From assembly GCF_032062105.1 (NCBI RefSeq), contig NW_026936166.1, positions 1 through 64,000 of the forward strand: DNA of 64,000 bases, written 5' to 3'. The position numbers and the translations under genes are program-made. This DNA is from Saccostrea cucullata (Eukaryota). The notes under the pieces were generated by a model. It saw only the letters and a program-made list of their open reading frames with translations, searched no databases and was not told the origin of the DNA. The first letter of the stretch is position 1. Each line of letters opens with the position of its first letter. Shown here one piece after another: positions 1 to 13,925 of this stretch.

Positions 1-2779
1 ATCAAAATAATAACGTAAATCAAATCTTTATATGGCAATGAAACAGATAATCAAATATACAAGTTACATACCATAAGATGCGTATGATGGACACTGGATT
101 TAAAATATAACTTCTTTCTGGAAAACGTATACTGCTCTGATATACAAGGTAAAGCGCGGTAAATTTATACTTATAATGAAAATGTATTATTGGATGAAAA
201 AAATAGGAAATAACCAATCAAATGATAGAGCCAATGAAATCATAGAATAAAACTTTACTCAAGCAACTCAATCCAGGTGCGCAATAGAACTTTTAGTTAA
301 TCCAATTTTAAGATTTTATTTCTCAAAACGATATGAAAAAAATAAATAAAAACGAATAAATACATATAGAAATAGATTTCATTATATCACACATACGTTT
401 AACGTAGGTGAAACGTACTTGGCACAACTAGCTGTTTAGGTTTATGATATACGTATGATATATGCATTTTAATTTGGCAGATAGGCAAGCTTGTGCATTT
501 TGTTTTCTTAAACAAAATTCGCATAAAAATGAGAACAATTGGAGATTTATACACGTTTTCAGAATTTTCTGAGCCTACTGTGTATCCAATAACTAAAAAC
601 CTATAATATTTTTTTTATCACGGATGGCAACAGGCTTTAATTGATAAATTGATGTATTATTCTAAAAGACAACCCAAAAAAGTAGACGTAATGGGTTCTT
701 AACCTATCTTATCTTTTTCCAGTATCACTTGTCTTATGTTTGGAAGGTCAAATATAATCAAATTATTAATCATGATATTGTTGAATTCTATCTGATTGAC
801 TTTTTCCATTTTAAATATCATTTGCAAAAAGAATATTGTCTGACTTCAATCTTCAAAGTGTTGCTTTCCCATTACCAAATTTAATTTAATAATAGGTGTT
901 AAAATTTTTTTCTTGTTATTCTTTAATTCCTGCTCTCTGAGTATTTATAAAAATATCTCTAGCATGTTCTTTCTTAAAAGCAACACGTAATCTGATCAAC
1001 AGATGCACAGCCTTCCAATTAAATTTTCCAGAAAATTCTAAACACAGAACACTGGAGAGATGTAGGGTAGTTTATGCTGTTAGAGAGATCCGCCCTCAGA
1101 AGTAGATATAAGAAAATAATTACAATTAATTACACAATGAATAATAGAATAAATATGCTATGATTATGTAGGTCGGATAATAAGTAAATAAATTCATTAT
1201 TTCCAGTTACTTTCAATTGCAAATAAAAGAAAACAATAGTGTCTTTATTTAAGCAAAGTGAATTATTATTACATTTTTACGAATAAAGAAATGTAAATCT
1301 AGGTTAAAAATGAATGAAATTGTCTCAATATGAGCAAAATTATACGATGTAATTTTCTCCAAGTCCAAAAAACTTTGTGCCTGTGTTTAGAGTTTCCTTG
1401 CGTTATTGTTGTAAACTCATAATGACTCCTCAAATAGATAAAAAAATCAATAACCTATAATACCTGCATCTGTAATATTTCGACTCAATATATCCCAGTG
1501 AATTAAAAATATCAAATAATTTTGAGTCTGACATATTTGATTCTTATTTGATCGATTCTTCATACACGAAATAAAATCACCATGAACCAATATATTTTTC
1601 TCAAACAACAAAAATTTGACCCCTAGTAAATATGTGATTGACAGTTATTTATCTCCATATTTCATTATTACAATCACAACGAATTGTAAACACTCATTTT
1701 GTAAGTATTTAATTGGACTTTTAATTTCAAATGAACTCGATTCCTTCAGTAAATATATAGTATTTCTGGTTAGTTTTCAGTTGGTGATGAAATATTAAAA
1801 CATGTACGTCTTATATACTGCAAAATTTCAAATAAAGAATGTTTTTGAGAAAAGAAAATTCTCCCAAAATATAAAAAACACATCATTACTTTGCATTACA
1901 ACAGACATTTGACTGATTAAACATCCAATATATGTTTTGTCCTCAATCATATGCATGCCAAAACACTTGAAGTTTGATTGCTTTGCTTTTTAGCAAATGT
2001 CAGCAAATGAACAATTGTATTACTTCAAATAATTTACCTATTTCATTGAAACATATAATTTGATATTAAAGTTAAAACCGTTTATATATTTCAGCAATGT
2101 TTTTAAACATAAAGAAAACCAAATTATTTTTTTTCAAACATTGACAGAAAAGCATAAAAATGTAACCTTCGGTATGTGTTGCAATAGAATTTAATACTGA
2201 CTTAATTGATAAACAGAAATTCGTCGTTTCTATTCAAACAGAGTTTATAAGACCTAATAGTAAGGTCAATACCTTTCTGTCTGATTTTTTTACTTAAACA
2301 GCTATCAAGAGTACGTTCATGCAATGTAGGTCAGAATTAAAATTCATTCAACTTACGAGTTGATTTCAGTAGAGTATAAAGGGGTATAATTCATACAATA
2401 TCTACTGTCGTAATCAATATAAATTTATTTTCTCTATGATTCGTGTAACTGAATAGACGTAAAAAGAATCAATTGCACCGTTTTGAAAACTAGATAACTT
2501 TAAATTAATGCTAATCCCTGTGTTTCATTGAATCAATAAATCATTCTCAAACAGATTTGAATGTGTACATGTCAATGTTCGTATTTTATTTTATCGAAGA
2601 GAATTTCATATTGTTTATGTCTGTTTTCCTTAAGTCATTCAACAAAGTTGCACGTGTAATACGAAATTATTTATAGAAATTGGTAAATATCGTCGCTGTA
2701 AGTATTTATATCTGACGACCGTGTATTTAGTGAATGTAACACCCATTTTTCTTTACTTAGATAACAAACCTGCTGAATG

Positions 2780-3215
2780 AAAGTTTTTATATTCATATGA
2801 GGCAGATTTTTTTTCAAAATATTATACGTGAAGGAAGAAAACATTTGCTGTGACTTTCAACTCAACAGTTAGATATATCGACGATGGTAATTTCTATTCC
2901 TACGTAAATACGATGCATTCTGGTGAGCTTGAGACACACCTGTTTCATACTTGGATATTTTACTTAACAACGTTAATGGTAATCTAACAAGGTACCAATT
3001 TCATACCAATTGTTAGTCCATTATTTATACACTAAATTGACGACGGATTTTCCCGTTAGATCCCAACAAGGAGGACACACCGGTCGGCACACTCCTCTAT
3101 GGCATTTTATGCCAACTCTGATGTTTCGGAGGTTCCTGTTTACTCTACTCCTATTTTGTATTGTTTTATGGACTTTGGGATTGAATACTTTTCGCTATCT
3201 CCATATCCTTCCTTT
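2780..3215 (+). mobile_element. Penelope-like RT 3' fragment, internally deleted
   Basis: Degenerate YSYEA..F, FNST.RYIDD and ELE motifs, followed by the family 3' end (ttagtccattatttatacact...ctgatgtttcggagg). Confidence 0.8.
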
Positions 3216-3730
3216 CACCCTTTCTCATTTTGACTAATTTAACATGATTTGTCTTTAATGGCAATAGCACAATGTTGTAAGGAATGGAAGAAAGTCTTAT
3301 AAAATTCGTTTTAATCAGTTTCATTATCAAAACTTATACAATGTCATTGATAAGATACTAGTATTCTTATATATACATGCAATAGATCACTCTTCTTCAT
3401 CAATAGTTTTTTTTTAGAAAAAATAATCAAGTTTATATATGTGTGTGTTATCTATTTTCCTAATGATTCACGCTTGTATAATTAAAAAAAATAATAAGTT
3501 GTGACATTCCATTCAACTCCTTACGTGTACTGTATTTATTCAATTATTTAAAAAAAAAATTGCTTCCAACCTTTTACATTACGTTAATTTACATCGTTTT
3601 CCATGTGTCACAAACAGCTTCTCTAAGACAAGAGAGATAACTCTAGATTTAATTCGGTTCAAATTTTAAATTATGCATCAACTAAATTACTATGACGCTG
3701 TCTACTAAATGTCGTCTAATCTTTGTGAAC

Positions 3731-4683
3731 TTATTTATGTTGGTGAAAACAAGGGTTCACTTTATAAAAGATATTTAAAGTATTAAACACACGACAACAC
3801 AGTGTTAAAGGTTCATCAGGTTTTTTAAATCCAGTAAATAAATAATCATCTTTATCTTTACAACTGGTCCTACAAACATCAGAGTTTATAACCTTAGCGA
3901 TATAAACAATATTCGTATTCATATTATAGGGTTATTGGATTTTTATTGGTGAATATTGGCCAATATAAGTTCAATAACTCCTTTTTTATAAAGCTAAACA
4001 ATTCCGCACATCTGTTAGAATAGATATATATATTCAAATTAACGCCTGACCTGTACGTGTTCAGTATCGAATCATTCTGAAGACCCTACCGAGCGTTATG
4101 ATTTGCTTATTTAGGTTTAAATGGGTCTAATAAATACTAAATTTAAATAAATATGTCATCTTTATGCAAAAAATAAACATATCCTACCCAGATTACAGTT
4201 TCTTTTTTAAATTTAACTCTGAGAAATTGACCAGACGACTTTTTCATTTATAACGGGGCTTTCGATAATGAACGTTCCTATTTGGAATGTTTCGGGCATA
4301 CTCGTACACGATATAAAAACTCAGCATTCAATAAAATGTCAAGATATTGAATGCTAAAATTCTCTAGATTTTTCGTAGTGTTTTATTAGAGACTATTCAT
4401 GAGCTATGTAATAAAATGATGCATGCAAAACACTTATCAAAAAACAGTCTCTAACTGATAATTAAAAATGTATCTATACCAATTAACGCAATATCTTAAT
4501 AGTTGTATTGATTGAATTTATATAGTGATTGCCATTGAACCTATTTGAATATGTAAATTTAGACATAGAAACATTATCATTTGCAGGTACGGTAACAACT
4601 TACAAATACATTTTACAATCAACTTACCAAAATTATGGCAATAAAGTTTTTAGTAAAACGATCTTGGAATTAACTAAAGACAT
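3731..4683 (-). pseudogene. Possible relic of a secreted or membrane gene with a WSC-like Cys pattern
   Basis: ATG at 4683 gives MSLVNSKIVLLKT.. ending at a GTAAGT donor near 4628, but needs a 1-nt indel. 3731-3990 reads YIGQY..*..VCRTSCKDKDDYLFTGF....LCC with stops. Confidence 0.25.
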
Positions 4684-4692
4684 AACATATGC

Positions 4693-4988
4693 ATTGATTA
4701 ATTGATTGATTGTATATTGTTTAAGGTCCCTCTCGAGAATTTTTCACTCATATGGGGACGCCATCACTTGCCGGTGGAGAGCTGCAACTTTTGTCCTATA
4801 CTCAGCACTCAGAGCCATTGAGCACGGAGGGATCTTTTTTGTGCCAGCAGCTACTGCGACATAGGACCTCGCTTTATACAGAATCATCCGAAGGACCGGT
4901 CTCCACGTCCCACAGTGGCATTAGAACCCGGAACGTATTGACCACCTCCTTACTTCACGACTCTCGAGCACACGCTGTAACCACTTTG
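4693..4988 (-). mobile_element. tRNA-derived SINE
   Basis: Reverse complement of the family at 25081 and 44235; (ATCA)n tail. Confidence 0.85.
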
Positions 4989-6101
4989 AAGGTGCTAATG
5001 ATAAGAATCGACCGAGTAAAAACTAGCAGAGTAACAATTAAAGTTTCAATAAATTATAATTTGGCAGAACTTATCATGTACAGTTCCAGTGTGTATACAA
5101 CATCCAACGACTCTTCTACATCTACATTGCGTAATCGCGCGTTCCGGTTTCATGTACTTATTAACTTTGAACACACACCCTCAAAATAATATTTAGAAAT
5201 ATGTTAGCGCACAATAAATTTGAGCGTTTAGAGGCTCTTGCGTCTAAGGCGCTAAAATAGGTAGTGCGCAAAATATTATCATTTTACAGTATGGATAAAT
5301 TTCATCCTGAAACAAAAATAAAACTTTCAAGATAAGTACAAAAACTGTATAACAGCACGAAGCAAAATTGACCATCACCCGAGAGAAATTAAATAAAAAA
5401 CCTGTCTTAAGTCTCGAGTCATGTGATAAGTATGCACCAATCCCTCAACAATGGTTTGTCGGGAAAATAATGAATTAACAAAATTGTAAAAGAAATTAAC
5501 ACAAGCACTTTAAAAACATTTTATGAATCCGTAAAACTTTTATTTACTGACCTATATTTTATATTAATAAGTGCATGAAAAACAAAATATTAAATCATGT
5601 TTACATAATTATGATATGCCAGATTAATCTGCAAAATCATTGTTGTAAGAGTCGGAGTCGAGATCAGGGACAATAAGTTGAGATGTTATCCTAAAAAGTA
5701 TTTTTTGTTTGTTATCATGTTGAATGTATTTAGAATGCATAAAATTTAAAAGGTTTTGTTAACCGCACTCGCAAACATTTTGTGCAGTTAATAACAATTT
5801 TATACTATTTCCCCATCATGCCTTTTCGCCCAGTGATATCTAATGTCACCATAAGGACATTCTAATGCACATAGGATAGTTACAGTACGTTTTAATAAAT
5901 GTTTTTAAAACAATAAAATTTATAACTATATGTTAAGGTAAAAACAAAGTATATATTATGTTCCATTTTTTTGAAAATCCACCAAAATGCAATTCCAGAC
6001 AAAATGAAACAAAGAATAAAAGGGTTCCGTTTTTATGAGAATATATTCAAAATTGCTCACAGTTTATCTGAATCAACAAAAAGACATGTTAAATGTGATC
6101 C

Positions 6102-6497
6102 AGTCGGATTGGTTGAGGTGACCTCAGAGTCTTGACGAGACGGATTGATTGAGTGGCCTCCGGACTCAGAGACCTGACGAGTCGGATTGATTGAGGTGGG
6201 CTCCGGACTCAGAGTCCTGACGAGTTGGATTGATTGGGGTGGGCTCCGGACTCAGAGTCCTGACGAGTTGGATTGATTGAGGTGGGCTCCGGACTCAGAG
6301 ACCTGACGAGTCGGATTGATTGAGGTGGGCTCCGGACTCAGAGTCCTGACGAGTTGGATTGATTGAGGTGGGCTCCGGACTCAGAGTCCTGACGAGTTGG
6401 ATTGATTGAGGTGGGCTCCGGACTCAGAGTCCTGACGAGTCGGATTGATTGAGGTGGGCTCCGGACTCAGAGTCCTGACGAGTTGGATTGATTGAGA
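6102..6497. repeat. 43-bp minisatellite, about 9 copies
   Basis: Unit GAGTCCTGACGAGTTGGATTGATTGAGGTGGGCTCCGGACTCA; period checked at 6181 and 6224; edge copies are degenerate. Confidence 0.95.
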
Positions 6498-7150
6498 TGT
6501 GAGACAGGTGTTGACATTAAGTAAAAGGAGTAAAGGAATCAAGAGTAGAAATAATTCAATATATGAAATGATTTTTTGACTGTTTATGTCTTCTTGAAAT
6601 AACATATCAAGAGTCCAAAACGTGTCACTGGTCAATAAAACAAGTAGATTCGTAAAACATATCGTGAGGAATAAAATATGATTAAAACAAAAAGGAAAAC
6701 CGAAAAGTATTTTTTATCAACATGAAATTGTCAATGTGATATTTTAACAGCTCCTGACTTTCAAACTTTAGTGTGGTAAAAATTTCTAATGAATTCAATA
6801 AATAACATCAAAATACGAAATATTCTTCTTGTCCGTCTGAAGCAAACTAACAGTCAATCATACACAGCATTGGCCAGGCTAGTAAAAAGGGGCGGGCCCT
6901 ATTTTATACGGGAAACGTTTATTGTGACATCACACAAAAACTTTATACTTCATAATACATGAAAATGAAATATTTTGCAACTTAAGACTTTGTTTACACA
7001 ATAAACACCATTAAATCTTATCAATGAATTAAAAAAATTGCTAGTTAAATCCTACTTAACAGCTTATAAACAATCACTGATCGCAAGGATCTTGTCGACA
7101 TGACGTTATTTCAATAAATATAATATAAATATAATTCAACAAATGTAAAT

Positions 7151-7485
7151 GTGATGGGACTTTTTAACAATACTCAGAGACGTAAGCGTAGTCATGGACA
7201 TTGTTCGTACCATAAACCTGCAATACATGACGTCTCTTTTAAATCATTACAACCTTACGTAAATCAACAGTTAGGTCTACATCATATTCGAACAAAACTT
7301 TACTCTGTCCCGTTGAAACTTTTAAATAGTCTTTTTGAAAAGGCCAAGGAACATCCAATTTTAGACTCTTCGTCACCTGAATATGGGCTCGGATCTGTGA
7401 TTATGGATATTGGATATCATAGGCTTTTTAAACCCGCACGTTTCACGGAAGAAAATGCAGCTAAAACAATCCGTCTTTTCCTTAA
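7151..7485 (+). mobile_element. Penelope-like (Naiad-type) element fragment upstream of the RT, interrupted by the BEL insertion
   Basis: Peptide RRKRSHGH..IHDVSF..LGLHHIRTKLYSVPL..IMDIGYHRLFKP resembles, from memory, the region upstream of RT in bivalve Naiad-like PLEs. The ORF runs straight into the LTR. Confidence 0.65.
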
Positions 7486-8213
7486 TGTTCTGTCGCTATG
7501 ACCCGTGGTCTTCTGACAGATAGTTTACCCACAGATTGACAACAACAATTCTGGCTAAGTTGCATCAATGTATTATGTGATTGTGGTAAAAGACTGAAAT
7601 ATAAACAAAGATACAATGAAACACTTGAATTTCATACAAAATAAACTTACATTCATATTAAACTGGTATTTCATATAGTTGAAAGAAATTACTATGAATA
7701 ATAGCAACAATGTAAAAAGGACTTATGACACTAAATGGCTTCCATAGAAATAAAATTTTGCAGCATGACATTTAGAAGTATTAAACCACAAATATTAGAT
7801 CAAAACTATAAAAATATATTCCAGATAACTTGTAACATTATCAATCTATCGCTTAGCAAATAATTCATAGGCAGATGTACAAATTAAAACAAGGCTATGT
7901 TTACATTATCAACAGACGACAAGTTTCAAGTATGAAAGCTTCAATTATTATACATAAAACTGCTTTAGGCCTCTAAAAAAGGTATAAACATATAGAGATA
8001 ATCATTTGACAGAATAATTAAGTGTTTACAAATAAATACATACTCTGTGATAGGCCAAAATTATGGAGAAATTGTCGAAGTAAACTGAGCGGCGTCCAAC
8101 CACGTTAACAAATGGCGGGCTTATATGCAACAATTTTACCAAAAAACACAAAAGAGTTCCAACATGAAAAATCAATACGTAAAGAGAGATAACTCTTAAC
8201 ACTTGACAGAACA
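7486..8213 (-). repeat. BEL 3' LTR (728 bp)
   Basis: 9-bp terminal inverted repeats TGTTCTGTC...GACAGAACA; adjacent PPT. Confidence 0.95.
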
Positions 8214-8278
8214 CTCCCCGCTTGATGACAACGTCATCACTACATTAACATATTTACACTAATAAGACATGATACATT

Positions 8279-11200
8279 CTAACATGGTAGAAGCAATATA
8301 AGTTCAGCTGTAGGTCGAGTGTACAAGGTTGCTTGTTCTTCAAGTACTACGCGTACCTCACACTTGCGAACTAAACCGTCGGAGGATGGGAAGGTCTTGT
8401 GAATGATCCCTAACGGCCAGTCATTCCTTGCTGTCTGCTTGTTTCTAACTAAAACAACATCACCTTCACACAGGTTTCTCTTAGGTTCCAGCCATTTCTT
8501 CCTCTGTTGAAGAGTCTGTAAATACTCAGCTTTCCAGCGGTGCCAAAACATGTCAGCCAGGGCTTGAACTCGTTTCCACTCCTTTCGGAAAAGGTCTTTA
8601 CCATCAAATGTTTCTGTGACAGAGGTAATTTGTTGTGGTTTCTGCGTAAGTAGCAGTGATGGGGACAACGGTACAGGGTTTTCTGCGTCTGTGGTGAGAG
8701 GTACCAGTGGTCTTGCGTTCATTATGGCGGACACTTCGGCCATAAAGGTTGAGAGAAGTTCATGCGTGAGGCCTGTCCCTGGAACATCTGTTAGAAGAGA
8801 ATCTAGAATCCTTCTTGAAACCCCAATGACCCTCTCCCAGACTCCACCCATGTGAGATGCATGGGGCGGGTTGAATAGCCAGGTACATCCTTGGGAGTAC
8901 AAAAATTGCTTCACACTGCTGTCCTCTACGTTGATAGCGTTGATGCCAAGGTTGTCAGTTGACCCCACAAAGTTCGTTCCTCGGTCAGATCGGAAAAGTT
9001 TGACTGGTCCCCTGATTGCCATAAATCTTCTCAAGGCGTTAATAAAAGCTGAAGAACTCAGCTCCTCCACTATCTCTATGTGGACTGCACGAATAGTCAG
9101 ACACGTGAACATCTCTTACCATCTTTTGCTGCATGCTTGCCCTCCTCGTGTCTTTCTAGTCACAACTTGCCATGGGCCAAAACAATCCACTCCAACATTG
9201 GTAAATGGCGGTCCAGGTTCCAGTCTGTCTGAAGGAAGGTCAGCCATCTTTTGAACACCAAGACTTCCTCGAAGTTTCCGACACTTGACGCATTTGTACA
9301 GTATAGAGGACACTAATGACTTAGCTCCTGTAATCCAGAACCCCGCTGAACGAACGGAACCTTCTGTGATGTGTCGACCTTGGTGTTTTGTCTGCTCATG
9401 ATAGTAACGGATGATAAGTATGGCAATGTGGTGACGTCCAGGAACAAGAATAGGATGTTTTTTCTGCTTCTGTCAAACTGGAGTGTTTCAGTCTGCCGCC
9501 AACATGCATGAGGCCATCGGTACCAATAAAGGGCGCCAATTTTGTTAATGAACTGGATTTCGGGAGACAATTCCCTGCTTGGAGACACTGAATTTCATTC
9601 TCGTATGCTTCCTGTTGAACTTCAACAAGTAGATGCTTCTGCGCTGCTTCAAAGGCATCCACTGTTTTCCACTTGGTACATATGTGCCACCCTGAACAGT
9701 CTGATCCTTTAACTGACTGGGCTATGTGTTGTAAGTGAGCAATAGTCTCTACTAGTCTTCTCCAACTTGAGAATCTACTGAAACGATGAGTTCCAAGCTG
9801 GTGATGAGGTTCATCCTCCACACTGGTTTTTAAGGCCTTGATCTCCCTTCTCACTTCCTTGTCCTCATCTGGGTTCTGTAATTCATGCGTTTCCTCTGTA
9901 GAAACATGGTCGTTTAGAAGAAATGCTGGTCCTACTAGCCAAGGATTGTTGAGCATCTTACAAGCTGCTACGGACCGGGTTGCCGATCTGCTGGGTTCTG
10001 ACTTGTACACACATAGCGCCACTGTTGAAGTAGGGTGGAAGCTCTAATCCTGGCAACTCGATTGGCTACGTATGTGTAAAATCTTCTTGTATCATTTTGA
10101 ATGTATCCCAGCACCACCTTGCTGTCGGTGTAAAAGGTAAAGTCTTTGATGTGAAGTTCTAGATGAGTAGCAATTGATTCTGCTATCTCCACTGCAATTA
10201 CTGCGCCACAAAGCTCTAATCTGGGTATGGTATGACCGTGCTTCGGTGCGACCTTTGACTTGCCAAGGATGAAGCCGATTTCTGATCTTCCTTCTTGGTT
10301 CAGATTTACAAGGTATCCCACAGCAGCAACTGCTTGTTCCGAGGCATCTGAAAAGATGTGTACTGATTTGTTGCATGCACTCGTCCATGACATTGAAAGG
10401 TAGGTGCGAGGAATACTCAAACCATGCAAGTCTTTCAAAGAGTTGACCCAATATTCCCATGTTGCTGAGTACTTCAAAGGTAAGGGCTCGTCCCAGTCAC
10501 TTGTACATCCCACTAATTGGCGCATAAGTAATTTACCATCAATGATGACGGGGGCCAAGAAACCTAAAGGATCAAAAATGGAGTTGATCGTGGAAAGCAC
10601 CCCTCTTCTTGTGAATTGTTGCTCTTCTGTTGCAATGTGGAACAAGAAGGCATCTGATTCCAGATTCCAAGAGACACCAAGAGTACGCTGGACTGGCAGT
10701 ATTTCGTTACCAAACTCCAGGTCCTTTAAATCCTTCGACAGGTCCTCAGGTGGAAAAGCTTGCATGACTTCTTCTCGGTTTGAGGCTATCTTGTGAAGTC
10801 TCAAGTTTCCCTCATTTTTCAGTGCTTTCTGTGTTCTCTGAAGTAGGTCTATGGCTTGTTCAATGGTAGGTAATGATTTAAGTCCATCGTCGACATAAAA
10901 GTCTTTGCACACAAAGTTACTAACATCTGCACCAAGTTGACTCTGATTCACTGCAAATCTGAGGCCATATGTCGCTATGGCTGGAGAGGCGGTGTTACCA
11001 AAAACATGAACACACATGCGAAATTCAACAAGCGGTTCGTGGAATTCGTTTCCTTCATGCCATAAAAATCTAAGGTAATTGCGGTGTTCCTCGTTGACCT
11101 TAAAGCAGTAAAACATTTGCTCTATGTCCGCAACAATCGCTACTGGTTCCTGTCTGAAGCGAAGTAAAACTCCTAATAGACTATTTGTTAAGTCTGGACC

Positions 11201-13891
11201 GGAACACAGAACGTCATTCAGTGAAACACCATTATGCTTCACAGCTGAATCAAATACCACGCGTACTTGATCTTTCTTCCTAGGGTGGTAGACACCAAAG
11301 ATAGGCAAAAACCAGCACTCATCTCCTTCTGCCCGGGGCGGCGCTCTTTCAGCATGGCCTCTCTGAAACATCTTCTCCATGAATGCTAAGAATTGCTCCT
11401 TTTTCAAGGGATTCTTCTCTAAGCTTCTGTCCAAACTCTTAGCTCTCTTCATCGCTGTATCGTAGTTGTTTTGTAGCTTTTGACGATTGGGCTTAAACGG
11501 CAGTGGTGAGGTCCAAAATCCCTCTTTGTCCCTTTGGAATTGGGAACTCACAATCTCTAAGAATTTTTTGTCATTCACATATAAGCCAGGTTTTTCGTCA
11601 TCGTCTGATCTCTCGAATAACTTGTCCATGTCCGGTTCATAACTGGAGTCACACACATCTAGCTTTTCACACACTGACAATTTACTCTGACAAGGTTCAA
11701 GTATGGTACCCCGTCCACTTTCAAGAATGTTCGTTTTTGTGACATTGAACTCTTCTGGTAAGTGAGAGCTACCTAAACAGGTTTCACCTATGATGGCCCA
11801 TCCTAATGGAAGTTTCTGTGCGTAAGGGGCATTAGCTGGTCCAATACGCTGGTCCAGAACATGGTGAGCTTGAATGACATCTCTTCCGATTAACAGCATA
11901 ATTTGGGCGCCATCATCCAGGGGTGGAATGTACTGAGCGATGTCAAGTAGATGAGCGTAGTTCTGAGCTACCTCCGGTGTGGGAATTTCCTCGCGATTGT
12001 TAGGAAGATGACTACATTCCGTAACAGCAGGAAGTTGGAGACGGACGCTGTGGTCCAAAGATTCCACCACTACACAATGGGCTCTTCTCCCAGCAGCTCG
12101 TTCCTTTCCTGCACCTGAGGTAAGTATGTATTCCACATCCTGTCCCTCAATTCCAAGCGAATCAAAGAGTTGCGTGCTGGCCAGAGTACGGTTACTCTGG
12201 TCATCTAACATGACGTATGCGTGTATTCGTTTTTCAGGACTCTCTTGTAGATGAACATTAGCTAACAGTATTTTAGCACAAGATTTTCCAGGAAATCTAC
12301 CACATATCTGCGTGCACTTTGAAGTAATGTCAATTACCTCCCCGCTGTGAGATGATGCGGCTGTACGTAGAGTCCCTGATGGTGTGTCAACATGTAAAGC
12401 TGTAGGATAACTGCCGCTGTTACATTCTTTGCATGACACTATCTCCTTACAGTCTTTCTTAATGTGAGTAGTCGAGGCGCAACATCGAAAACATATTTTC
12501 TTTTCCTTTAAGAATTTCATCCTTTCCTGAATACTCTTCAACCTGAAGGCTCTGCATTTATTCAAAAGATGGTCCGTATTGTGAATCGGGCACTTTTGAA
12601 ACATGGAAATGTCCTCGGTACTAGGTGCTGTGTTTTGAGCTTCATGATGTGTGTTAGTTTTCTTCACAACAACAGAGTTTTTATGATAATAGTTTGACAT
12701 GTTTGTGTCCTTCCTGACAAATGATGTTTCATACAGAAAACTTGGATTATTTCTGATCCTGCTTTGTTGTCGTAGGAATTCCGCAAAATGGGAGAACGGT
12801 GGATACACAGTGTGATGCTCCTGCATATATCTGATAGCTGATGATGTCCATTTTTCTTGGAGATTGTGCGGTAATTTGTTTACAATGGGTGTCACACCAG
12901 TTGAGGAGTCATAATATCCGAGCACAGCTTTCATTCGTTCATCACACTTAATGGACTCAATTTCTGATGCTAAGTCTGACAGTTCATACAGTTTCTTTGA
13001 ATCTGTAGGTGTTAACTTTGGAAATGTCTCGACTCTTCTTTTTTATGATGACTCAATCATTTCAGCACATCCGTATTGTTCTTCTAGTCTCTCCCAAGCT
13101 CTCTGTAGACCCCGTGGTGGATTGCTTATGTTTGCGGACTTTATGCTCAAAACATGCCTCTTAGACTCTGGTCCACTCCACTTCAACAGGAAATCAAGCT
13201 CTTCAGTAGGTGAAACATCCAGTTCACTCATCACAGTCTTGAATGAAGCTTTCCATGTCATGTAGCTCTCCGGTCGATCATCAAAGGCTGAGAGTCGAGT
13301 GAGCATTAAATCCTTCTTGAGGAGGTATCGTGTGAAATTACCAGCGACGGAGTGGTTTGGTATGAAGGAAGAAGCTTCTGGATTCAACTTCCTGTTAGGT
13401 TCAACTAACGGTTGTGCACTGTAGGTGTCATTTTCATTCTTTGCCTTTGATTCATGTGTATCCTGAATATATGGTACTCTCACACGATTGTCTTCATCCA
13501 CATAGGCTTTTGTTCTTGTGATGGGATCTAGAGTTCCTGTATTTGGAAGCGAAATCCTTGAAAGTTGCGATTCTTGGTCGAAAGCATTTGCCTCAGCTTC
13601 AAGCGCGGCTGTCTCTCTTTGTTGAGTGAGTAGTTCTAAATCTACAGAAAGTTCAGCTCTTTCTCTTTTCACCTTGGCCTCGTCGAGGGCCATTTGTTGC
13701 TCCAGTAACGCCTGTTTCCTTTTTAATTCTGACTCCATTTCTGCGAATCTCAGTCTTGCCTTAGCAGCTTCTAACTTGGCTTTGGCCTGCGCAATAAGCG
13801 ACCCCATGTCACTTTTTGAAGAGGAACGTCTGGAAGTCCGACTCTGCGAGGACACTGAGACGATGTCGTTTTCGTTGACTGGCTGATCCAT
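8279..13891 (-). pseudogene. BEL/Pao gag-pol polyprotein with about 3 frameshifts and 1 nonsense codon
   Basis: ORF pieces 13043-13891, 9968-12934, 9396-10022, 9116-9313 and 8279-9112 join into one polyprotein. Frameshifts lie near 13045, 9985 and 9455, and a TAA lies at 9116-9118 (SKRW*EMFTCL). Confidence 0.92.
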
Positions 13892-13925
13892 AGCTGAATG
13901 CCTGTATGATTACGAGATCTTTTAC

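Noticed and set aside
4752-5189. 145-aa ORF
   Set aside because: Mostly the antisense strand of a SINE; no protein motifs.
6102-6497. CRISPR-like array or functional hammerhead array
   Set aside because: Units are contiguous with no unique spacers and no cas genes, and the context is eukaryotic. The hammerhead GAAA box is absent.
8616-13886. Several plus-strand ORFs of 69-130 aa
   Set aside because: Antisense shadows of the BEL polyprotein.
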